Position numbers and translations under genes: made by a program | Source: PVC group bacterium | GTDB lineage: Bacteria > Omnitrophota > Gorgyraeia > B26-G9 | DNA: 64,000 nucleotides | Reading direction: 5' to 3' | Assembly: GCA_024231215.1 (NCBI GenBank) | Contig: JAAEQR010000072.1 | Coordinates: forward strand, 65,210 to 129,209 | Part shown: one piece after another, positions 19,001 through 26,215 of the stretch | Position numbering within the stretch: the stretch's first letter is position 1 | Layout: each line of letters begins with the position of its first letter | Notes under the pieces: model-generated | What the model was told of the DNA's origin: nothing | Databases searched by the model: none | Seen by the model: only the letters and a program-made list of their open reading frames with translations

Positions 19001-22000
19001 AGCAAAGCGATAACAACATTTAGACCTTCCGGCACCGGTGATAATAACCGGGATTATAACTGGATAGTGGGTTTGATTCCTGAGACTGGGACTGATATGG
19101 AAGTTTATAGGAGAGAAAAAGTACAGGAATTAGAAGAACTCAGGGCTGATTTTTTTGGTGAATTTGGAGTTTCTGTTGGTTATGCAGATTTGCCTAAAGG
19201 TGAATTTTATGGATTGTTGACTGCAATGTGGGAATCAGGCAGTAATAGTCATTTAGCAATATTCAACAAAGCTTTAGACATAGAAGTTAACTTTACTTCA
19301 GCTGAAAACAAGTTACTTGATGCTGTAAAAATGTTTACCTTTGCGACAAGAGATAGAAAACGGGAATATATGAAAATGACTCCGGATCAAATGTGCGAAG
19401 AATTGCGTAAGACTCTTTTGTCCGCAAGGCGAAATCGAGCTGCATGGAATAAATATCTTTCTGCGAAGGAAGCAACAGAGTATAAAGATGTATTTAAGGT
19501 ATATGTTAATGGTGAAGTATTTGCTGAAGTCCCGAAAGTTTTTGTTAAACCGTGGATGATCGGGTTTGCCGGATATATTGCTGAAGAGTTGATCGTAAAC
19601 AGATTGGATTTAACAAGTGCTTGGGTTGATACGGATGATTTGGAAGTGACAGATGAGATACGTTTTCAGATAGATAAATTACAGCAAATAAGGCAGGAAT
19701 TGAATGAAATGCATAGAGCCGAACGTGAAGCAGCAGAAACTCTTTCTGGAAAACTGCATACACCTTTGGAAACAGAAAATCCTGATATGGCGGCACGATA
19801 TCTCAAGGGTGGATATCAGCAAGATGGATATGGTGTTCCATCGGGAGCGGTCATCGACGGCTCCTTTGCGGTGGGTGTTGCAGGGACTCAGGGATACTAT
19901 GTGTATGGAGGCAAAGAGATATTTCAAGGGATTGTTGCAAGTATGAAGAAGTTTTTCAAAAAACGAGCTAAAAGGTTAGGCAAGCCGATAAAATTGGTTA
20001 TAAAGATAGGTATTGGCGGACAGCATACTCCATTTCAAGCGATTGCTGAGGGATTTCAGGTGGTGGATTCTGAAACAGGAATTATTGTCGGGGAGTATGA
20101 GTTAGGGAAGGATTATGAGACATCTCTTTCGGAAATTGTAGAAAAGATGGGTATTGATTGGGATCAGATAGCTGTTATACCGAGCTCTAAATCCGGTTCT
20201 ACGGATGAGACGATGATGATCTTTGATGATGTTTTAGCTGTACTGCTTAAATATATTGCTTCTATGAAATATAACATTGACGGAGAAAAATTTACAGATA
20301 CTGTTTTTCAGGTATTGCATGAAGTGAATTTTGTTGATGGTAAAGAGCGTTCTGGGAAAGATCTTTTTAAGATAAATAAAGAGCGTTTTGGCACGGATAG
20401 TTTGGTAGAAGTGCTCTATGAACGGTTACAAGATAAAAGGATGCAAATAAGTAAAAGCGGAATAAAAGATATATTTGCGATAGTTCTCGGTAATATGTTT
20501 TTTGAGACTACCGATAGAGTAGAAGCAAGCAGATTGTCAGCATTTATCAGAAACTCCGGACTAGATAAGGAGCTTGGTGAAGATGCTCCAGGGTTTGGTG
20601 CAATGTTTGATAATGTCGGTGGCAGATGGACCAGTGATTTGCATATGATGACATTTCTTGCTTTCCATGATTTAAATGAGGAGCTGTATTATAAGAAAAG
20701 GATGGAAGAAATATTTAGGGTTCTTGCCGGTTCACCTTCAGTGAGGCTGTATCAGGATATAAAAGAAAAAATAGATGATGATGGCACACATAAGGGGTAT
20801 ATGTTAGGCAATCGTATTGCTGAGGAAACGATAACGGATATTGCTCTAGTGTTGCCGGATTATTTATTCTGGTTTGGAAAATCAATAGAACAGAATTTTA
20901 ACGAAAGTACTTGGCAGAAAGGCTTTGTAAATCTTGTTGCGATTAAACAAAGCCAATGGGGTGTTCAGAAAAAAAATTATGTGGACAGGTCTGAAAGACT
21001 GGTAATTAACCTGTCTAACTTAGATATTGATGAAAATAGTTTTAATGTGTATACCCGAAATTTCCCTGATTTTACTAAGTTGCAAAAACAGGATATCTCT
21101 GGTCAGTACGCATCTTTATTTAGCATGTTCTATGGAATTACTCATAATTTGGGTAACCGGCTGATTATCAGAGCACTTACAGCTGCCGGATATAATGTAG
21201 AAGATGTTAACTTAAATGATTTAGATAATCCTGCGACTAAAATTGTTCAGCAAAATCTTTATGTATTACAGCCTTTTGTAGAATTAGGGAAGAAACTATT
21301 GGAAAATAGATTAAAAATGCTGCAATCAGCAGAGGTAAAAAGCCCGGGAGTTATTGCTCAGGCTGAAGATGAGATTAAAAGGCTGGCAAGGGAAGGTACC
21401 ATAGAATCAAATATTCCAAGCATGGATATGCCAGATAGTGTGCAGGATATGGGAACACTGGCTAAGGTTATTAAGCAAGCAATTGAACATGCAAGGCAAG
21501 CTAATCGTAAATTTGCGCCGTTTATTTATTTAGAAGGTGGTAAATTTATGGATATGAGGGATTACCTGACAGAGTTGGGTATAGAGTGGGTTATGCAGGG
21601 TACGGGGGATCAGCATATTAGTTATCAGCAGGTATTAGCTCAGCCGCAGAAATATTCTATATTTATTATTTCATTTGTTCCTGAACAATTTATTCCGGGT
21701 AAGCCGGCAATTGGTTTTGCAAAAGGGTATTTGCATAATATTAGTCCTAATATGGTGAGAGATTATTTTGCGGAAGCTTCTTATCGGGCGCTTACTCAGT
21801 TAAGAGTTGAACAGGGTGGGAGAGGGATCTTCCTGCGTTTAATCGACTCACAGGAAAATATATCTATGATAAAAAAGGCAATGGTGGCAGCTCTGAATGA
21901 TGAAGTTCAAAATGAGATGGTAGCTGATTCACCGGCTGTTGCTGAGAATGATTCTGTAAAAACAGAAGAAGTGATAACTGTTATCCAGAGCGCAATTTAA
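16007..22000 (+). CDS. giant (1,997 aa) exported multidomain protein: Sec signal peptide + unknown N-domain + PGM1-like alpha-D-phosphohexomutase (4 domains) + coiled-coil linker + phosphoglucose-isomerase-like SIS module
   Basis: Signal peptide aa 1-30 (h-region ...SLAIIQIFLITNV, SFA-GG). Phosphohexomutase signatures: FGTAGIRN (nt ~16730), catalytic SASHSE-x3-NGFK (nt ~17237), DGKFPGHIMPDP (nt ~17723), Mg loop DPDVDR (nt ~17882), sugar loop CEESNGYGE plus EKDGGLALFEFF (nt ~18551), phosphate loop RPSGTGD (nt ~19022). PGI signatures: IGIGGQ (nt ~20006), SKSGSTDET (nt ~20186), GGRWTS (nt ~20618), GTGDQHISYQQ catalytic-His region (nt ~21599). Confidence 0.8.
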   Translation: MFKAPPNMFLRITSLAIIQIFLITNVSFAGGNFFAQNQGEDCLSPALEINAGALKQGILAVIEGDSIPNDVSSLEMTTLLETALSNLSDIENNSEDLNLEVLEQSIDQVRQINAQINYLTGGSDEGVNDLYSRFLSRRSDLAKKISAIVINDVAKYAGVLEKLVSQSKEDMHKHIAMMVENEKITATQGDATLKTAIKFLEEWLAPGNNIPQYIIQGIYKGMLEGRSGDLLYAYGFGWRQFGTAGIRNQAVQSEFPVLLQKEVDEFAEDVHAPILTGPNMINTVTLLQQVAALVGLVKDIRTKLQQKLNKGMSLANAAEECGIAEEFAQNMLDNTITVTYDSRLNGEYFAQLLGAAFLQKDIKVNLMDSPSGVPAGVSIAKGASFFGELVKDSRFAEFEQITGSIFGILISASHSEAEYNGFKAFLAYQKSQVDADSKNMIMDARGNVNYSDINMRLDTGSKEDLRLIFRKYKNNLIWLGGEKKVDGKDYCGAKFVPFYPLYFEYLRKRSPIPYAELSSDDIESINAAKKDLGILYTAFYGGGSVSAANLPGFFQEMGYDNVAIVDKQTKVMDGKFPGHIMPDPGVVEGWMSNLYHFLQQIAGEDLSDIEKAVEMLNNRQTGAATDPDVDRAGMMLDLEPGQQGNVRDAFIDWISRNLQYRDDILPEKKQHIINVLTNNLKDKLLLTANDSWTFMAYYKLQIREKYGLLDKNKLYIIEKSHVTTDGLENVAAYYRKKGYRVYVVDTYVGFTELAKKSRDLFAIAKKAWKIKKMLDKLDEPNEQELRWGELEELLIELKQENKILKTNVPYATAGLPIVDEAIEAFENSNFQKAEELWNSIAHMENILACEESNGYGELGEYIPEEDKVVNAHISEKDGGLALFEFFEILSYGKAVLGKSEYSMFLDMLSEIGYCTTDNQFLKYPGLSGVQEKVDAIESFEKVFAALIQKAIDQGQVVTLFNGKYTVEEVIVYRDKKYDITYNGFPEEGIRLVLRTQKGSKAITTFRPSGTGDNNRDYNWIVGLIPETGTDMEVYRREKVQELEELRADFFGEFGVSVGYADLPKGEFYGLLTAMWESGSNSHLAIFNKALDIEVNFTSAENKLLDAVKMFTFATRDRKREYMKMTPDQMCEELRKTLLSARRNRAAWNKYLSAKEATEYKDVFKVYVNGEVFAEVPKVFVKPWMIGFAGYIAEELIVNRLDLTSAWVDTDDLEVTDEIRFQIDKLQQIRQELNEMHRAEREAAETLSGKLHTPLETENPDMAARYLKGGYQQDGYGVPSGAVIDGSFAVGVAGTQGYYVYGGKEIFQGIVASMKKFFKKRAKRLGKPIKLVIKIGIGGQHTPFQAIAEGFQVVDSETGIIVGEYELGKDYETSLSEIVEKMGIDWDQIAVIPSSKSGSTDETMMIFDDVLAVLLKYIASMKYNIDGEKFTDTVFQVLHEVNFVDGKERSGKDLFKINKERFGTDSLVEVLYERLQDKRMQISKSGIKDIFAIVLGNMFFETTDRVEASRLSAFIRNSGLDKELGEDAPGFGAMFDNVGGRWTSDLHMMTFLAFHDLNEELYYKKRMEEIFRVLAGSPSVRLYQDIKEKIDDDGTHKGYMLGNRIAEETITDIALVLPDYLFWFGKSIEQNFNESTWQKGFVNLVAIKQSQWGVQKKNYVDRSERLVINLSNLDIDENSFNVYTRNFPDFTKLQKQDISGQYASLFSMFYGITHNLGNRLIIRALTAAGYNVEDVNLNDLDNPATKIVQQNLYVLQPFVELGKKLLENRLKMLQSAEVKSPGVIAQAEDEIKRLAREGTIESNIPSMDMPDSVQDMGTLAKVIKQAIEHARQANRKFAPFIYLEGGKFMDMRDYLTELGIEWVMQGTGDQHISYQQVLAQPQKYSIFIISFVPEQFIPGKPAIGFAKGYLHNISPNMVRDYFAEASYRALTQLRVEQGGRGIFLRLIDSQENISMIKKAMVAALNDEVQNEMVADSPAVAENDSVKTEEVITVIQSAI

Positions 22001-22008
22001 ACAATAAT

Positions 22009-22072
22009 TTAGCTGCAAATACCGACATGCCCCGTCAGGGTTTTTCTGACGGGGTTTTGTTATATAATAAGG
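22009..22072 (+). repeat. ~65-bp intergenic repeat copy A (TTAGCTGCAAATACCGACATG-[hairpin]-TTTTGTTAT-ATAAGG)
   Basis: ~85% identical to the copy at 24712-24777, same orientation. Confidence 0.8.
22030..22060 (+). terminator. rho-independent terminator after giant gene (CCCCGTCAG-loop-CTGACGGGG + TTTTGTTAT)
   Basis: 9-bp GC-rich stem at 22030-22038/22046-22054 followed by a T-tract. Lies inside repeat copy A. Confidence 0.7.
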
Positions 22073-22088
22073 TTAGAGGAGGAAAGGT

Positions 22089-24434
22089 TTAAATTGACTG
22101 TTCATAGATAAAATGATTATTTATTTCATCTTGAATTTTATGATTATTTTTTGAAGACATATTGATATCCTTGTCCCATGAATTTTGTTTTTCTTCTATT
22201 AAGTCTACTATCCGTTTTCCATAGCCGTTGATTCCATCTTCATTTTCAATTGCTTCTAAAGACATCCAAAGCCAATCAATAGCATTTTGCACAGTATCAA
22301 CATCGTCTTTCACATTAGCTCTAGCATTAGCGCTTACTGATTCATACAATTTCTTATTAGTAAATAAGCTGTACAATCTATTCGCTACTTTTAACTCCTG
22401 AGCCCCATTGCGACTAACTATAAATGTCGAACCGGTTATTTTTCCTGCTTTTTTTCTAACAGGCACTGCCTGATCAACCGGTCCCGGGAGATCAGTAATA
22501 ATAGTTGGTATTTCTAGTGAGCCAAGTTCAGAAATTTTTATTTCGTAACCTTCTGCTGTAGATAACTGTGTCCCAACCCAATCATTAGCAGCAAGAACAC
22601 CTAAGATCTGGTCATTATGGCCTATTCGTGCTATTTTGATATCACTGAATAACTCTTTATATTCTAAATATGCTTCTAAGAGATATTTATTATACAAAGG
22701 CATCCCCTCAGGATCATCTATTGCGCCATGCCCGGCAATAACCAACTGTGGTATTTTTGCCTTTGGATAGGTCTCTCCCAATTTATCACGAAAGACTTTA
22801 TAAGCTTTCAAAAGATCAAGGATACCCTTTGCAGGGTCAAAGCGACAAATCTGTAATATATAAGGTCTGGTAAAATCTAATGGCTCCTGTTGAAATTTTG
22901 CTAAAAAGTCTCTTAATTTTTGATCTTCTCGGTCTTTAATATTTACTCGATTGTCATTCTCTAATAAATTTAACAGGTTTTCCTGCTGTTTAGACAATTC
23001 ATTTTTATCTGCTATTTGTAATATTCTTTTATTACTTAGGTTCAGTACTGTATTAAACATATTCATATAATATGATTTGTCGCTTTTACTAAAATAATTA
23101 AATTTGTTAAGTCCGTCAAGACCGCCTAAACCTTGTTTTGAAATATCGGAAGCTGCTCCTTTTTTGATTATTATTTTTTTGTGACGGCGAATATCGTTTG
23201 GGATAAAAGCATCAACTGGATGCGTCACAAAAGCTTCAATGTGAAATTTATTTTTGCGTGCATCCCAAAGATTTTCGAAAATATACTTCCAATTAGTCTT
23301 AGTTGAATTAGAATCATCTAAAGGTAAATCAGTCAAGTTGCTTCTTATCTGGATATGTGATCTATAAAGAATTTTTATATGTGGATATTTTTCTTTAATT
23401 AAAGGTATTAACCCGGATGGTTGATAATCATCAATTATAACTACAGTTGCTCTTTTTATTTTTGGCTCCATTAATTTAAAATTATAATTAGTCCACGCTT
23501 TAAGTCTCTGTTTGTCATGCTCTGTAAGCCTATGATCAAAATTAGCAGCATTTGTATTTTGCAATGCATTATGCATCTTCTTTTTTGTTATGTTCGGAAT
23601 ATCCTCAAACTCTTTACCATCTAGATCCATTGCAAGCCAGTGGGCATCGATACCTAAAAGTTTATAAAGACGAATAAGCGCATGACGCATAAGAGCGACT
23701 CCTCCGCCTTGAGCAGTAGAATTAACAAATACCATATTTAATTTTCTTTTTTTTGCAAGCTTAACAAGATGTAAAAGTGTGTGCCATTTTTTAGGCGGAG
23801 TAATCTTTTTATATTCATCAAGAGTTACTAACGGATTTACTTGGATTTCTCTATTTTTATCGATCATAACTTTGCGTATTACAAGACCAACTTCGTCTAC
23901 TTCAAAGCTATTTGCGGCAAGACTCGCAGCATTCTGAGATATTTGCTCTGATGTGCCATTTGGAAGATTCTCAAATATTTTCACAGGAACAATATCGTTA
24001 TTAAGCCAAAGATTGCTGCCCAGCTTTGCTTTTTCGTTGGCAGATAATCCTTTTCCTTCAATTGCTACGCCATGTACTTTTAAAGGGTTACCCTTCTTGC
24101 GCATGCCCTCAACATCCTCTCTTATAGCTTCAATTATATCCTTATTAGTTCTTAAGAAAGTTTTAGTTTGACCATTCTTACCATTGGAATTAATTGTTAA
24201 GCTAAAGCTATCTTTAGTTATACATATGCCAGCAAAGGCGGGCTCTAAAGATAGCTTATCCAGATAGGCATTCATAACTGTTGACTTGTTTATACTTATG
24301 GAGGGGGATAGCGTGGACATTATGGTGCTATTGGCGGCAAAAGACAAATCCAGATATAAAAATGCCTGGATAATGATAAATGATATTACCTTTAAAAATA
24401 GTCTATTTTTTGATTCGTACTTATACATATACAC
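22089..24434 (-). CDS. TreT-like GT4 retaining glycosyltransferase with signal peptide and ~200-aa N-terminal extension
   Basis: aa 236-300 VNSTAQGGGVALMRHALIRLYKLLGIDAHWLAM...FEDIP...MHNALQN closely matches the N-terminal motif of trehalose glycosyltransferring synthase (TreT). FDPAKGILDLLKAY. E628-x7-E636 (STAEGYEIKISELGSL...ITDLPG) GT4 motif. N-terminal signal peptide MYMYKYESKNRLFLKVISFIIIQAFLYLDLSFA-AN. Confidence 0.75.
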   Translation of the reverse strand: MYMYKYESKNRLFLKVISFIIIQAFLYLDLSFAANSTIMSTLSPSISINKSTVMNAYLDKLSLEPAFAGICITKDSFSLTINSNGKNGQTKTFLRTNKDIIEAIREDVEGMRKKGNPLKVHGVAIEGKGLSANEKAKLGSNLWLNNDIVPVKIFENLPNGTSEQISQNAASLAANSFEVDEVGLVIRKVMIDKNREIQVNPLVTLDEYKKITPPKKWHTLLHLVKLAKKRKLNMVFVNSTAQGGGVALMRHALIRLYKLLGIDAHWLAMDLDGKEFEDIPNITKKKMHNALQNTNAANFDHRLTEHDKQRLKAWTNYNFKLMEPKIKRATVVIIDDYQPSGLIPLIKEKYPHIKILYRSHIQIRSNLTDLPLDDSNSTKTNWKYIFENLWDARKNKFHIEAFVTHPVDAFIPNDIRRHKKIIIKKGAASDISKQGLGGLDGLNKFNYFSKSDKSYYMNMFNTVLNLSNKRILQIADKNELSKQQENLLNLLENDNRVNIKDREDQKLRDFLAKFQQEPLDFTRPYILQICRFDPAKGILDLLKAYKVFRDKLGETYPKAKIPQLVIAGHGAIDDPEGMPLYNKYLLEAYLEYKELFSDIKIARIGHNDQILGVLAANDWVGTQLSTAEGYEIKISELGSLEIPTIITDLPGPVDQAVPVRKKAGKITGSTFIVSRNGAQELKVANRLYSLFTNKKLYESVSANARANVKDDVDTVQNAIDWLWMSLEAIENEDGINGYGKRIVDLIEEKQNSWDKDINMSSKNNHKIQDEINNHFIYEQSI

Positions 24435-24711
24435 CTGCTTTATTATAAAAAAGTGTTAAAAACATATAATATCTCAGAGGGATTCTAAGTACTTTTTAAA
24501 AAAGATAATAAAGTATATCATAAAAGATTTTATTTTGCAAATAAAATACGGTTTGTAGCTATTTAAAGATAAAATAGGTTAGGAAACAGTATTTTGTTAA
24601 AGCTATGGAATTAATTGATTCTTGCCATATTTTTGACTATTTTTCATTTCAACAGAGTATCAATTGTATGTGAAACAAGCTATATAAATATTAATAAAGA
24701 TAAGTAACCGG

Positions 24712-24777
24712 TTAGTTGCAAATACCGATATGCCCCGTCAGGTTTTTTTTGACGGGATTTTGTTATTTTCAATAAGG
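24712..24777 (+). repeat. ~65-bp intergenic repeat copy B with terminator-like hairpin (CCCGTCA-GGTTTTTTT-TGACGGG)
   Basis: Direct repeat of 22009-22072. Located in the divergent promoter region between the GT4 gene (-) and mscS (+). Confidence 0.8.
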
Positions 24778-24852
24778 GGGAATAACCGTAGAAAATCATT
24801 GATTTTTAGATGAATAATGGATATACTAAAAATGTTATTTTAGGAGGAATAT

Positions 24853-25878
24853 ATGAGTGATCTTATAAGATCAGCTATTGGAATTGGTATTATTGTGCTT
24901 TTTGGATTTTCCGGGCTGTATTTGCGTAAAAAGATATTTGGTTTATTGCATAAAATTGCTTCCCGGACTTCCTGGAAAGGTGATGATTTAGTGATTTCTG
25001 CACTTAAATCACCTTTTGTGCTGTGGTGTATTCTCTTGGGTGTGTATGTTGCCATAGTTTATGTACAGATACCCAGCAACATTTCTATAATTGCGAATAA
25101 GGTTTTGTTTTCCACTTTGATCATATCTATTACTGCTGTTATCGCAAAAATTTGTGTTAGTTTCAGTACTTTATATGCGGAGAAGTTGGGGACAAATACT
25201 GATATTGTACGCAGTGTTATTTATGCGATGGTATTTGCGATTGGCTTGATGTTTTTATTTAATGCTTTAGGCATTTCTATTGCACCTTTATTAACAACTC
25301 TGGGTATTGGGGGATTAGCTGTAGCTTTGGGGCTGCAGGATACTCTGGCTAACTTATTCTCCGGATTATATATTACTGCGGCAAAACAGGTGCGCATAGG
25401 TGATTATATAAAGTTAGATAGCGGAGAAGAAGGTTATGTCGTAGATATTAGCTGGCGCACGACAAAAATAAAACCTTTGCATAATAACCTTATTCTCGTT
25501 CCCAATTTCAAATTAGGAGAGGCAATAATAACTAATTATTATCTTCCGGAAAAAGAATTGGCTGTGAAATTAGAAGTAGGGGTGCATTATGACAGTGATC
25601 TGGAGAGGGTAGAAAAGGTGACGGTGGAGACCGCAGAAGAGCTGATGCAGAAAATAAATGGTGCAGTAGCAGGCTTTAAGCCGTTTATTCGCTATCATAC
25701 TTTTGATAGCTCTAGTATTAATTTTACAGTGTTTTTAAGGGCTAAAGAGTTTGTTGATCACTATTTAATTACACATGAGTTTATAAAGGAATTGCATAAA
25801 CGTTATGCCCAGGAAGACATAGTTATTCCTTATCCGATCCGGGCAATTAATTATTCACAAGAGAAGGTAGAAGTTTAA
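24853..25878 (+). CDS. mscS: small-conductance mechanosensitive channel, MscS family
   Basis: TM helices plus the conserved pore-helix region LTTLGIGGLAVALGLQDTLANLFSGLYI. C-terminal beta domain. Confidence 0.85.
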   Translation: MSDLIRSAIGIGIIVLFGFSGLYLRKKIFGLLHKIASRTSWKGDDLVISALKSPFVLWCILLGVYVAIVYVQIPSNISIIANKVLFSTLIISITAVIAKICVSFSTLYAEKLGTNTDIVRSVIYAMVFAIGLMFLFNALGISIAPLLTTLGIGGLAVALGLQDTLANLFSGLYITAAKQVRIGDYIKLDSGEEGYVVDISWRTTKIKPLHNNLILVPNFKLGEAIITNYYLPEKELAVKLEVGVHYDSDLERVEKVTVETAEELMQKINGAVAGFKPFIRYHTFDSSSINFTVFLRAKEFVDHYLITHEFIKELHKRYAQEDIVIPYPIRAINYSQEKVEV

Positions 25879-25900
25879 ACGTAGGGGAGTATTCAGTATT

Positions 25901-26206
25901 ATGTTTGTTTTAGGTTTTATTCTCGATGGCTTAGCAGCAGTAATTAGTATGATATTGACTATATTGTATTGGCTTATTTTAGCACGGGCTTTGATTTCAT
26001 GGGTGAGTCCGGATCCTTATAATCCGATTGTTCGTTTTTTGCGGCAGGCTACGGATCCGATTCTTGAGCCGATACGTAGAGTATTAATGCCGTTGACGTA
26101 TAAAATTCACATTGATTTGTCTACCATAGTTGCTTTTTTTCTTATTGTTTTTTTACAGCGTTCTGTGGTCGGTATACTTTTTACTTTGGCGCGTCAGCTT
26201 AAATAA
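25901..26206 (+). CDS. yggT: YggT family membrane protein
   Basis: ~100 aa, two TM helices, LILARALISWV...TDPILEPIRR motif typical of YggT/Ycf19. Confidence 0.75.
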   Translation: MFVLGFILDGLAAVISMILTILYWLILARALISWVSPDPYNPIVRFLRQATDPILEPIRRVLMPLTYKIHIDLSTIVAFFLIVFLQRSVVGILFTLARQLK

Positions 26207-26215
26207 GAAATATAA

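Noticed and set aside
22030-24765. Possibility that the two hairpin repeats are CRISPR repeats or IS terminal inverted repeats
   Set aside because: Only two copies, 2.6 kb apart, in direct (not inverted) orientation. No transposase or cas genes. The spacing is not array-like.
24435-24852. 418-bp AT-rich intergenic region scanned for tRNA/sRNA or small ORFs
   Set aside because: No cloverleaf-compatible segments or RBS-preceded ORFs found. Best explained as divergent promoters plus repeat copy B.
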